Source of the DNA: a bacterium
GTDB lineage: Bacteria; Patescibacteriota; Dojkabacteria; JAKAPS01; JAJZLI01
Reading direction: 5' to 3'
DNA length: 40,707 nt
Assembly (NCBI GenBank): GCA_021816845.1
Contig: JAKAWT010000002.1
Location: 99,017-139,723, forward strand
Part shown: one piece after another, positions 21,092 through 30,652 of the stretch
Numbering within the stretch: position 1 is the first letter of the stretch
Layout: the number at the start of each line of letters is the position of its first letter
Program-made: the position numbers and the translations under genes
Notes under the pieces: generated by a model
The model's input: the letters and a program-made list of their open reading frames with translations, nothing else
What the model was told of the DNA's origin: nothing
Databases searched by the model: none

Positions 21092-21655
21092 CTAAATCCT
21101 TTGAGTCTGGCTCTTTGGAATCCCATATTTCTTTTTGAATTCATTTAATCTTTTTAGTTTATCTTTCCCATACGGTCTTAGTTCTGTTTTAATATCATCA
21201 AATGTGCTAAATATACCTCTTTTTGAGTGAAAATTATCAGCATAGCATACTATTTCTTCCTCTATAGTTTCTGGAATAAAATCTTTTATAGGGAGTGGTA
21301 ATTTTAATCTCTTGATATCCTCTTTGGATATCCCTACACCAGTATGATGAGATGCAAATCTAGCAATTTTTAAATCTATTTTATTATCTATTAAAAATTG
21401 TTCTCCTAAAATACCATGCATTATATATGGTATTTTTATGCTGTAATCTCTATTTAAACAAAAATATGCACCTATATCATGTAATAATGCGCCATCTATT
21501 AATAGATTAATATCAATATCTTTAATTTTTTTGTTTTTTATTATCTCTAGACTAAAGTTTTTTATTATATTAGAGTGTTTTAAAATTATATCTTCTTGTA
21601 CCCCAGTTATATCTGATGCAATACGGTGTAATTTTAAGATTTCTTTATATATCAT
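21092..21655 (-). CDS. HD-domain phosphohydrolase
   Basis: 187 aa. It has GALLHDIG and a later SHHTG/YADNFH. It overlaps the leuS end by 11 nt. Confidence 0.75.
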   Translation of the reverse strand: MIYKEILKLHRIASDITGVQEDIILKHSNIIKNFSLEIIKNKKIKDIDINLLIDGALLHDIGAYFCLNRDYSIKIPYIMHGILGEQFLIDNKIDLKIARFASHHTGVGISKEDIKRLKLPLPIKDFIPETIEEEIVCYADNFHSKRGIFSTFDDIKTELRPYGKDKLKRLNEFKKKYGIPKSQTQRI

Positions 21656-24020
21656 CGAAAATAATATTTATTATAATATTTTTCTTAAATATAACCTTTC
21701 TTATGTCTTTCTCTTTTATCTTATCTTGAAACCTAGTATCCTTTAGAAGTATTTTTATTATTTCGTTCTCTTCTTGGTCTTTTAGTACTTTAATATTCCC
21801 TCTATACTTACCATTTATTTGTATTGGTAAGTTAATATACATGTCATTTTTATCTTCTTTAACTTTAATTATTGTGGGCCAAGATTGTTTATGTACACTG
21901 TATTTCTCTCCTATAATATTCCATAATTCTTCAGCTATAAAAGGTGCAAATGGTGCCAAAACTAGAATGAACTTTCTAAATGAATCTTTAGATATGGTAT
22001 CTAGTTTTTCGACTTCATTTAAATATTTCATAAATTCTGAAACACATACATTATATTTCTCACTCTCTATATTTAACGATATAGATTTAATAAGATTATT
22101 TATATTCTTTGTATCAATATTTTTATTTAATGTATTTTTATCTAATATATTTTGTAGTTTCCAAACCCTATCTATGAATCTTCGAACTCCAATCATAGAA
22201 CGTGTATCCCAACTGTTAGATTGTGATAAAGGTCCCATAAACATCTCATACATTCTTAAAGAATCAGCTCCATAAGTTTTTTCTGCAAATTCTGCAGAGA
22301 CTACATTACCCCATCTTTTTGACATCTTTCTTCCATCTGGACCAAACAGTTTACCTTGATGTCTTAACTTTAAAAATGGTTCATTTATACTTACTATACC
22401 CTCTTCATTTAATACTTTGGTTATAAACCTTGAATATAGTAAATGTCCAGTTGCGTGCTCATCTCCACCCATATAAAAATCTATGGGTAGCCATTTTCTA
22501 AGTAATGTATTATTTCCTATACTCCGATTGTTTTTCGGATCTATAAATCTTAAGTAATACCAAGAAGAATCCACGAAAGTATCTAGAGTTTTTGGTTCTC
22601 TAGTTGCCGGCTCATGACATATAGGACACTCTACTTCCATAAATGATTTAGATGAAGCTAAAGGTGGAGTCCCTTTAGGTCTGTAATCTTTTATATCTCT
22701 TGGTATTAGTATTGGTAGATCTGTCTCAGGGACAGGGACTTCACCACACTCCTTACAATATATTATTGGAATTGGGGCTCCCCAATATCTTTCTCTCGAG
22801 ACTAACCAGTCTCTTAATTTATATTCTATTGTTTTCTCTGCCATTGATGATAAATCTGAGATAATTTTATTTTTAGCTATATCAATAGATATACCATTGT
22901 ATTTACCATGGTTTATAATACCTTTTTTATAATTAACAACCTCAATACTTTTAATTCCATGTAGTTTAGCAAAAGCTTTGTCCCTATTATCATGTGCAGG
23001 TACTCCCATAACAGCTCCAGTACCATATTCCATTAGAATATAATCAGATATATAAACTGGTATTTCTTGACCATTTATGGGGTTTATAGCAATAAGTCCA
23101 GTTTTTAAACCAGTCTTTACATCTTTCTTTCTTGTGATTTCTGATTGAGGGGATACATTTTTTATATATTCCTCAATCTCCTTTATCTTTTCTTTATCTT
23201 TGATTAATTCTATATATTTAGATTCTGGAGCAATAGCTATAAATGTAGTTCCATATATTGTCTCTATTTTTGTTGTGAAAATGTCAATGTATTCTTTGGA
23301 ATCTTTAATTCTAAATTTTACTCTAACACCTTCAGACTTCCCTATCCAGTTATCTTGAGACACTTTTGTGCTTTTAGGCCAGTCTAATGATTTAATGTCA
23401 TTCATAAGATTATCTATATATTTTGTAATTTTAAAGAACCATTGTTCTATATTTTTAAGTTCTACCTTTGACCCACACCTTTCACATAATCCCTGAATTA
23501 CCTGTTCATTTGAAATTACTGTGAGACATGAAGGGCACCAATTTACAGGAGATTTCTTTTTATATGCCAATCCTTTATTATATAATTTTAGAAAAATCCA
23601 TTGAGTCCATTTATAATATGATTCATCTGATGTATCAAATTCCCTATTCCAGTCGATTCCAATTCCTGCATTAATTAATTCTTGTTTAAAAGCTCGTGTA
23701 TTCTCTTTTGTAACGTCAAATGGATTCTTATTAGTTTTAATTGCGAAATTTTCTGTAGGAAGTCCAAATGAATCCCAACCCATAGGGTGTAATACCTCAA
23801 AATCTTTCATTCTCATGTATCTTGCTACTATATCTGTTGCTGTATACCCTTTTAAATGTCCAACATGTAATCCCACTCCAGAAGGATATGGAAACATATC
23901 AAGAATATAGAATTTAGGTTTTAAAGAATTTGAATCTGTACTATAAAGATTATCCTTATACCATATTTCTTTCCACTTATTTTCTATTTTTTTATGATTA
24001 TATTCTAAATTATCTTTCAT
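21645..24020 (-). CDS. leuS: Leucine--tRNA ligase
   Basis: 791 aa. It has the HIGH motif (PYPSGVGLHVGHLKGY), the KMSKS motif (RKMSKRWGN), the Zn-finger-like CPSC...CERCG and a CP1 editing insertion. Confidence 0.97.
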   Translation of the reverse strand: MKDNLEYNHKKIENKWKEIWYKDNLYSTDSNSLKPKFYILDMFPYPSGVGLHVGHLKGYTATDIVARYMRMKDFEVLHPMGWDSFGLPTENFAIKTNKNPFDVTKENTRAFKQELINAGIGIDWNREFDTSDESYYKWTQWIFLKLYNKGLAYKKKSPVNWCPSCLTVISNEQVIQGLCERCGSKVELKNIEQWFFKITKYIDNLMNDIKSLDWPKSTKVSQDNWIGKSEGVRVKFRIKDSKEYIDIFTTKIETIYGTTFIAIAPESKYIELIKDKEKIKEIEEYIKNVSPQSEITRKKDVKTGLKTGLIAINPINGQEIPVYISDYILMEYGTGAVMGVPAHDNRDKAFAKLHGIKSIEVVNYKKGIINHGKYNGISIDIAKNKIISDLSSMAEKTIEYKLRDWLVSRERYWGAPIPIIYCKECGEVPVPETDLPILIPRDIKDYRPKGTPPLASSKSFMEVECPICHEPATREPKTLDTFVDSSWYYLRFIDPKNNRSIGNNTLLRKWLPIDFYMGGDEHATGHLLYSRFITKVLNEEGIVSINEPFLKLRHQGKLFGPDGRKMSKRWGNVVSAEFAEKTYGADSLRMYEMFMGPLSQSNSWDTRSMIGVRRFIDRVWKLQNILDKNTLNKNIDTKNINNLIKSISLNIESEKYNVCVSEFMKYLNEVEKLDTISKDSFRKFILVLAPFAPFIAEELWNIIGEKYSVHKQSWPTIIKVKEDKNDMYINLPIQINGKYRGNIKVLKDQEENEIIKILLKDTRFQDKIKEKDIRKVIFKKNIIINIIFDDI

Positions 24021-24056
24021 TGAGTTAAAGTAATTATTTTAGTTAATACTGTTTTT

Positions 24057-24971
24057 CTATATTTTATTTATTATATACATTCCCCCTGTCATAAGGACAT
24101 AATATAGATTTGAATAATAAAAACGAGACGTTTTCTTATGTGGAAAATCATTTCTTAATTTCTCTATATCATCATTAGACATTCTAAATTTTAGAGATCC
24201 TAAATTTTCCTTTAAATGTTCTATATTTCTTGTCTTTGATATTGTTACTACATTATTTTGAGATATTAACCAATTTATCGCTATTTGTGAATATGCTTTA
24301 TCATATTTTTTGGCTATTTTATCCAAGATGATTATTTGATTTTTATTATATATTCCTCTATGAACTGGTGTATATGCAATTATCATAATGTCATTTTTCT
24401 GGCAATATTGAAGAAGGCCACTATCTTCTGGAAATCTAGATGTCAAATTATATAAAACCTGATTTACTACAATCTTATTTTTTGTTTCATTTTGAGCTTT
24501 TTCTAATTTTTCTATACTAAAATTACTAACACCTATATTTTTTATAAGTCCATCACTTTTTAATTTATCCATACCTCTCATTGTTTCTTTTATGCTAATA
24601 AGAGGGTTATAACTGTGTAGTAAATATAAATCTAAATACTTACTATTCAACCTCTTAATGCTCTCTCTAGCAGATTTTATAATATTATTATATGAAAAAT
24701 TTTCTGGTTTTACTTTAGAGGTTATAAATAGCTTTTCTCTATCATATCCTTTTATACTTTCACCAATCAATTCTTCTGCATGACCCCGTGCATACAATTC
24801 TGCAGTATCTATATGTGTAACACCCATATCTATTGCAGTTTTTAGTGCATTAATATCAGCTTTATCATATGCGTGATTTATTTTTCCAGCATCGCCTCCT
24901 ACATACCAAGTACCTATGCCATATAATGGTAGTTTAAATCCATTTTTTAGTTCTTTTGAAGGTATATCCAT
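24057..24971 (-). CDS. Aldo/keto reductase
   Basis: 304 aa. LPLYGIGTW, HIDTAELY, LFITSKV, YLDLYLLHS and GVSNFS are canonical AKR blocks containing the catalytic D/Y/K/H positions. Confidence 0.9.
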   Translation of the reverse strand: MDIPSKELKNGFKLPLYGIGTWYVGGDAGKINHAYDKADINALKTAIDMGVTHIDTAELYARGHAEELIGESIKGYDREKLFITSKVKPENFSYNNIIKSARESIKRLNSKYLDLYLLHSYNPLISIKETMRGMDKLKSDGLIKNIGVSNFSIEKLEKAQNETKNKIVVNQVLYNLTSRFPEDSGLLQYCQKNDIMIIAYTPVHRGIYNKNQIIILDKIAKKYDKAYSQIAINWLISQNNVVTISKTRNIEHLKENLGSLKFRMSNDDIEKLRNDFPHKKTSRFYYSNLYYVLMTGGMYIINKI

Positions 24972-25097
24972 AATATACTATTATACACTATTTTTTCTTC
25001 TATATTGAGGTAGATTTATTGTATATATTCTAGCTAACCTTTATTTTCTCATTGATTTCTGATATATTCAGTATAATAATTTTATTTTTATAAATTT

Positions 25098-25259
25098 ATG
25101 AAGGTTACATGTTTAGAATGTCAAAATGAATTTGATATTGAGAAAGGTATAGGAACAGGAGATACTATAGAATGTCCATTTTGTGGTATTGAACTTGAAT
25201 ATAAAGGTAAAGATAAATCAGGTAAGGTAAAGCTTGAAATTATTGAGGAAGAAAAATAA
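25098..25259 (+). CDS. Small zinc-ribbon protein, LysW-like (53 aa; not in the supplied ORF track)
   Basis: My translation is MKVTCLECQNEFDIEKGIGTGDTIECPFCGIELEYKGKDKSGKVKLEIIEEEK. It has CxxC-x17-CxxC followed by an acidic tail, laid out like Thermus LysW (TCPECGAEL...GE.V.C..CGAELEV...LE...acidic). It fills an otherwise empty 305-nt gap. A TATAAT lies at 25072-25077. No SD site is present. Confidence 0.5.
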   Translation: MKVTCLECQNEFDIEKGIGTGDTIECPFCGIELEYKGKDKSGKVKLEIIEEEK

Positions 25260-25276
25260 ATTTTGATAGTTAAGTT

Positions 25277-26275
25277 TTAAAAATCTCCTTTTAATATTAT
25301 CTCGAGGGTTAGTTCTAAATTAAATTTTTTTAGGGCTTCTTCTTTTATCTTTTCAATTATTGTTTTTACATCATTTGATTTTGCAAAGCCTAGGTTTACT
25401 ATAAAATTAGCATGGTTCCTATATACTTCTGCACCACCAATTCTAAATCCTTTAAACCCTAATTGTTCTATTACCCATCCAGCCGAATTCACTGGTGCTC
25501 CAATTTCCAGTTTTTCCTCATCTGATATATTTTTAAATACTGATCCACAAGATGGGAGTGTTGGTTGAATTTTATGTTTTCTTTTAATCCACTCTCTCTG
25601 AATGTTTTTTGCTTTCTCTGTATCACCTTCAAATAATATTAATTTTAAAGAAAGCAATATATATTTTTTTTGGTGTAATATACTAGTATCATATCCAAAT
25701 TTAAAAAAGTCATAATCAACCTCACTCACATTTCCTTCCATATCTATTATTGTAGCTGAGTGTAGAAGATTGCCTATGAGTCTAGTTCCTCCATGTATAT
25801 TATTAAATATGGCTCCCCCAAGCGTTCCCGGTATACCAGCGAAATATTGTAATCCAGTTAATCCTTTGGAAATTGTATCATTTATTAAATATGCAAGGGA
25901 TAATCCTGATGAAACTTCAACAAGTACCTTATTATAGTCTGATTCATTATCTTCTAGGTCTTCAAATTGCATATATGATCCTTCTTTATAAAAAGATTTC
26001 AAATTTTTAATATCAAAATTATCAACATTAATATCTTCATGAATAATTATTTCTTTTGTAGCATTTTTTACCGTTAAACCTCTTATTCCTTTATCTGATA
26101 CTAATACATTGCTTCCTCCTCCAATAATATCAAAAGGAATATCATTGGAATATGCATATCTTACTAGATATTTTAAATTATCTTCTGTATATGCAGTGGC
26201 AAATAAATCTGCAGATCCACCTATTTTATATGTTGTGTATTGTTTTAAATCTATATTTTTTAATATATCAACCAT
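25277..26275 (-). CDS. murB: UDP-N-acetylenolpyruvoylglucosamine reductase
   Basis: 332 aa. It has LKQYTTYKIGGSADLF, IIGGGSNVLVSD, CGSVFKN and the GGAEVYRNHANFIVN blocks of MurB. Confidence 0.92.
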   Translation of the reverse strand: MVDILKNIDLKQYTTYKIGGSADLFATAYTEDNLKYLVRYAYSNDIPFDIIGGGSNVLVSDKGIRGLTVKNATKEIIIHEDINVDNFDIKNLKSFYKEGSYMQFEDLEDNESDYNKVLVEVSSGLSLAYLINDTISKGLTGLQYFAGIPGTLGGAIFNNIHGGTRLIGNLLHSATIIDMEGNVSEVDYDFFKFGYDTSILHQKKYILLSLKLILFEGDTEKAKNIQREWIKRKHKIQPTLPSCGSVFKNISDEEKLEIGAPVNSAGWVIEQLGFKGFRIGGAEVYRNHANFIVNLGFAKSNDVKTIIEKIKEEALKKFNLELTLEIILKGDF

Positions 26276-27365
26276 AAATATTTATATCCTTAATATAATC
26301 TTTTAAAATTCTTGCTGATTTCTCCCAAGAAAATTGCTTTAATACCTTCTGAGATTTTTTTACTAAATCTTGTCTATATTTATCATCTCTAAGAATTTTT
26401 CTTATACCTTTTTTTATTTTGTCTAAGGATAAAGGATCAACTAGTAATGCTCCATCTCCTGCTACTTCAGGAAGAGACGTTTTGTTAGATGCAAGAACAG
26501 GAATTTTATAACTAAATGCTTCAAGAATTGGCAGACCAAATCCTTCATAATATGATAAGAAAACAAAAATACTAGCATTTTTGTATAATGCTGCTAATTC
26601 ATTATCTGTAACTTTACCTATAAGATGTACTTTATTTTGTCCTTTTAGATTATCAAATTTAGAAGATTGTACAGTTCTTATACTATCTCCTACTATAATT
26701 AGATGTTCCTTAACCCTAGATTTCACGAATGCCTTTATAAGGGTTTTGTTATTTTTTCTTGCTTCTCCACCACCTATTGCAAGAATATATGGGAAATTAA
26801 TTTTTAAATCCTTTAGTATCTTATCTGTATTTCTGACTATTTCAAAAGGAGATACTGCATTGGGTACGATGAATATTTTATCACTTTTTATTTTAAGTTT
26901 TTTTACTATCTCATTTTTGGAAAAATTTGATACTGTAAAAATTCTATCTCTATTTTTTAATAATTTTAAAGATAGAATCTTAACTTTATATTTTATTTTA
27001 TCATACCTTCTATCATAATAATTAGGGATTCCAAGAGGTATTAAATCTTGTATTGATACAATAGTAGTACCTTTAAAAAACAAAGGATAGACCATGTTTT
27101 CTACAGAGAAAAACACATCTATTGATAACTTATTCAAAATTCTTGGAAGTATGAATAATTGCCATAAATATGTAAATCTTTGATCATTACCTCTTCCTAT
27201 ATCAAATTTCTCTATATCTAAATCTGGGAAGGGATCTTTGTTGTGGAATAGTACTATGTAATGATTATCTCTATCACTCTTCAATAGATTATAAAAAAGT
27301 CCATATGTGACTCTCCCGGTTCCTGTATTTATATTTGCAAGTCTTGCATCTAATGCTATTCTCAT
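26268..27365 (-). CDS. GT4-family (GT-B) glycosyltransferase, paralog A
   Basis: 365 aa. ELAALYKNASIFVFLSYYEGFGLPILEAF is the E-x7-E region. The protein is clearly paralogous to the ORF at 29537-30652. Confidence 0.85.
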   Translation of the reverse strand: MRIALDARLANINTGTGRVTYGLFYNLLKSDRDNHYIVLFHNKDPFPDLDIEKFDIGRGNDQRFTYLWQLFILPRILNKLSIDVFFSVENMVYPLFFKGTTIVSIQDLIPLGIPNYYDRRYDKIKYKVKILSLKLLKNRDRIFTVSNFSKNEIVKKLKIKSDKIFIVPNAVSPFEIVRNTDKILKDLKINFPYILAIGGGEARKNNKTLIKAFVKSRVKEHLIIVGDSIRTVQSSKFDNLKGQNKVHLIGKVTDNELAALYKNASIFVFLSYYEGFGLPILEAFSYKIPVLASNKTSLPEVAGDGALLVDPLSLDKIKKGIRKILRDDKYRQDLVKKSQKVLKQFSWEKSARILKDYIKDINIYG

Positions 27366-27366
27366 T

Positions 27367-28476
27367 CTAATTCATGATTTTAATTATCTCTCTAATTATC
27401 TTTTTTCTAGAATTTGTATCTTTAAGTTTCAACATGTTATTTTTCATTTCATCAATTTTTTTAGGGTTATTAACTAATTCTTCTATAACTTCCAAATAAT
27501 TTTGTTCTGCTATTATACCTATTTTCTCTTTTTTAATATATTTTATATTACCTTTTTCTTGTCCATTTATAAATTCTATAACAATAGGTATAACTCCTTT
27601 AGATATTAGTTCTTGTAAAGTTATAGCACCTGCTTTTGATATTGCAAAATCTGATATTGACATTAATTCATACATATTATCAACAAATCCAAAATTCAAA
27701 ACCTTTATTTGTTTTTTCATTTTAGCTATTGAGTCCTTTGACTTTTGATTCTTACCGTTTACTACAATTATCTGATATTTATCATGTAGATAATCAAATT
27801 TTTCAATAATTTTTTTTGCTTTAATCGTTCCAAATCCTCCGGAAGTAATAAGAATAGTTTTCTTATTTTTAGAAAGTTTATATTTTTTGTAGATTTTATC
27901 TCTATTTATTTTAATAGAAAATTTTGGATCTATTGGAATAGCATAAGTTTTAACATTTAATATTTTATGTTTTAAACATTCTTCCTCCACATATTTTGTA
28001 GGTGCTATATGTAAAGTTGAATTTTTATCAAACCAACTTTGGTAAACATTCAATAAATCAGTAATTAATATTATAAATGGTATACCTTGTTTATTTAAAG
28101 TTTTTGATATCACATGATTCAATAATGGATGTACTGAAATAACAATATCAGGATTATATTCTTTGATAAGTTTAGTTATTTTATTTCTAGTTTGTATTTT
28201 TAGAACTGCAAGAGCAGGTAAAAATCTTTTTTCACTATCAGTTGCATAATATACGGCAGAATAAATTGATGGGGCATGTCTTATTAATCCAGAATATGAG
28301 TGTATTGATTTTTTTAGTATTTTTGCTGAATAATTCTCAAAAAAATCTATAATTATAATATTATACTGACCTGGATATTCAGTATTAAAAGTATCTTTTA
28401 AACTATTTGCAATACTTATGTGTCCATTCCCCGTTGTTGTTGATGTCAATATTAGTATAGTTTGTTTATGAATCAT
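27367..28476 (-). CDS. UgtP/MGDG-synthase-like GT28 glycosyltransferase, paralog A
   Basis: 369 aa. ILILTSTTTGNGHISIANSL, PDIVISVHPL, ITDL and SKAGAITLQELISKGVIPIVIEFINGQEKGN are collinear with Bacillus UgtP (LTANYGNGH...TKPGGITLTE...PGQEKEN). Confidence 0.8.
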   Translation of the reverse strand: MIHKQTILILTSTTTGNGHISIANSLKDTFNTEYPGQYNIIIIDFFENYSAKILKKSIHSYSGLIRHAPSIYSAVYYATDSEKRFLPALAVLKIQTRNKITKLIKEYNPDIVISVHPLLNHVISKTLNKQGIPFIILITDLLNVYQSWFDKNSTLHIAPTKYVEEECLKHKILNVKTYAIPIDPKFSIKINRDKIYKKYKLSKNKKTILITSGGFGTIKAKKIIEKFDYLHDKYQIIVVNGKNQKSKDSIAKMKKQIKVLNFGFVDNMYELMSISDFAISKAGAITLQELISKGVIPIVIEFINGQEKGNIKYIKKEKIGIIAEQNYLEVIEELVNNPKKIDEMKNNMLKLKDTNSRKKIIREIIKIMN

Positions 28477-29531
28477 AACTGTTTTTTAATTATCTCTATA
28501 ATTTTATCTATGGCAGGGGTCTTTGTGTCAACTAAATTCATATTTAATTTAATTTTATTATTCAGTATGTCATATATTGTTTTATCCAAGTCGTCTAAAT
28601 CATCTACAAGTACACAAGCATTATTATCAATAAAATAATTTATATTCCCCTTCTCTTGTCCACTAGTCTTTTTATATAAGACAATGGGTATTTTAGACAC
28701 AGCAAATTCAGTCAATGATATTCCACCAGCTTTAGATATTACAACATCACTCTGGTCTATATAATTTTTTATTTTATTAGTATAGCCAATTACTACTACA
28801 TTATTAATTTTTAATTTTTTTACTTTATCTTTTAAAACTTTATTACTACCCGCTATAAAAATTATATTATAATTAATGGATAGTCTTTTTAAAATTTTTA
28901 TAGGAGAATTGAAAACTCCATCTCCACCACCCATCATAAGAATAGTTTTTTTAAGAGGGTCTATATCTCTCATATATCTTCTCTTTTTCTGGTTATAAAA
29001 TTCTTTTCCAATAGGTATACCTGTTACATATATTTTATTCTCACTAAACCCATATTCTAATAATTTATTTTTTATATTCAATGTTGCAACAAAATATCCA
29101 TCAATATTTTTATTAAACCACTCTCTGTGTATTTCTCCATAATCTGTAGTTATAGTATACTTAGCTTTACATTTTATGTTTGAAAGTCCGACTGTGGCAT
29201 TTGGAAATAGAGATATAAAAATTGTATTTGTAATATCCCCCCTTAGCTTCTTTTTAATGGCCCTCAATGCCATTCTATCGAATAAATTCCTTGTTTTTAA
29301 ATCAGTAAGATATTTATATCTAATGTCATATAATGTAGGTAGAAATTCTCTTGTTAAATTATATATAGATGTTGCAATCAGCTCTATGTTCTTACCATAA
29401 AGTTTCATATAGTCTATAGTTTCACAATGAATACCCAAGTTTTTATTAATTTCTTCTTTAAGGTTTCTTGCTATTATGTTATGACCTTTCCCGAAACTCG
29501 CTGTTAAAAGTACTACTCTTGTTTTATCCAT
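28473..29531 (-). CDS. UgtP/MGDG-synthase-like GT28 glycosyltransferase, paralog B
   Basis: 352 aa. It has VLLTASFGKGHNIIARNL and SKAGGISLTEFAVSKIPIVLYKKTSGQEKGN. An ATGA overlap joins it to paralog A. Confidence 0.8.
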   Translation of the reverse strand: MDKTRVVLLTASFGKGHNIIARNLKEEINKNLGIHCETIDYMKLYGKNIELIATSIYNLTREFLPTLYDIRYKYLTDLKTRNLFDRMALRAIKKKLRGDITNTIFISLFPNATVGLSNIKCKAKYTITTDYGEIHREWFNKNIDGYFVATLNIKNKLLEYGFSENKIYVTGIPIGKEFYNQKKRRYMRDIDPLKKTILMMGGGDGVFNSPIKILKRLSINYNIIFIAGSNKVLKDKVKKLKINNVVVIGYTNKIKNYIDQSDVVISKAGGISLTEFAVSKIPIVLYKKTSGQEKGNINYFIDNNACVLVDDLDDLDKTIYDILNNKIKLNMNLVDTKTPAIDKIIEIIKKQL

Positions 29532-29536
29532 AAAAT

Positions 29537-30652
29537 CTATTTTAATTTATTAAACTCTGAGATTAGTGTTTTTGCGGTATTACTCCAATCAAATTCTTTC
29601 AATCTCATAATCCCTTTCTTAACTAGTTCTTTCTGTTTTTCTTCATCCCTTAAAAGCATAAACATAGCATTTTCTAACTCTTCCTTCTTATAAGGGTTTA
29701 TTAGTATTGCAGCGTCACCTGTAACCTCAGGTATAGATGATATATTTGATGTAATCACTGGAGTTTTATGTTTGAAAGATTCAATAGGTGGAAGCCCAAA
29801 TCCCTCATATAATGATGGATATACAAATATTGTGGCATTGGAATATAATGCTGCAAGTTCATGATCTTTTACTTCTCCTATAAAATTTATCCTATCTTTA
29901 AGTGATTCTGGGATCGTGACAATGCTTGCTGGAATAATATTAGACTCTTTATTGCCTACAATAATAAGAGAATGTTTTAGATCAGTATTTTTTTGCATCA
30001 GGGAGATAAATGCTTCTACAAGGACCTTATTATTTTTCCTAACCTCCATTCCTCCTATACCTAGTATATATGGTTTTTCAACACCCAGGGCATGCAGAGT
30101 TTCCTTTGTGAATTTTATATCTGATATCCTATTATCCACTCCTTCTTTTATTATAAATATTTTATCTCTTGATATTTTTAATATCCTCTCTATCTCTAAA
30201 AGTGAAAATTCTGATATAGTCATTATCCTTTCAGGTTCATTAATTTTTGCAAGCAACACCCGAAATTTATATTTTATATTTGATTTTTTACTCTTTAAGT
30301 ATTCAGAAAAAACCATTGGTATTAAATCTTGTATTGTCATTATAGTCTTTCCTCTATAAAAAAATGGAACTATAATAAAATTGTTTGGTGAGAAAAAAAT
30401 CTCTATCTTCTCTTTATTTAGTATGTATGGAAGATATATGATCTGCCATAATATTTTTCTTTTTGTGGCATTTTTAAACGTTATCTTCTTTATATTCTGG
30501 TATTTAATATCAGGGAATGGATCCACATCATCAGTTAAAACAACATAGAAGTTTTCTCTATCAAGCTTTAATATTTCAGATATTAGAGAATAAGTAAGTC
30601 TACCTATTCCTGTTTTTGTGTTTGCAAATCTTGCATCTACGGCAATTCTCAT
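29537..30652 (-). CDS. GT4-family (GT-B) glycosyltransferase, paralog B
   Basis: 371 aa. MRIAVDARFANTKTGIGRLTYSL and ELAALYSNATIFVYPSLYEGFGLPPIESF parallel paralog A. Confidence 0.85.
   Translation of the reverse strand: MRIAVDARFANTKTGIGRLTYSLISEILKLDRENFYVVLTDDVDPFPDIKYQNIKKITFKNATKRKILWQIIYLPYILNKEKIEIFFSPNNFIIVPFFYRGKTIMTIQDLIPMVFSEYLKSKKSNIKYKFRVLLAKINEPERIMTISEFSLLEIERILKISRDKIFIIKEGVDNRISDIKFTKETLHALGVEKPYILGIGGMEVRKNNKVLVEAFISLMQKNTDLKHSLIIVGNKESNIIPASIVTIPESLKDRINFIGEVKDHELAALYSNATIFVYPSLYEGFGLPPIESFKHKTPVITSNISSIPEVTGDAAILINPYKKEELENAMFMLLRDEEKQKELVKKGIMRLKEFDWSNTAKTLISEFNKLK

Noticed and set aside
18818-25259. Direct LysX/LysW-type pairing of the ATP-grasp protein with the LysW-like ORF.
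   Set aside because: The two genes are about 5 kb apart on opposite strands with leuS and other genes between them. The small protein ends in Lys rather than the canonical C-terminal Glu, and no LysY/Z/J/K genes are present. This is worth testing but is not supported by the sequence context.
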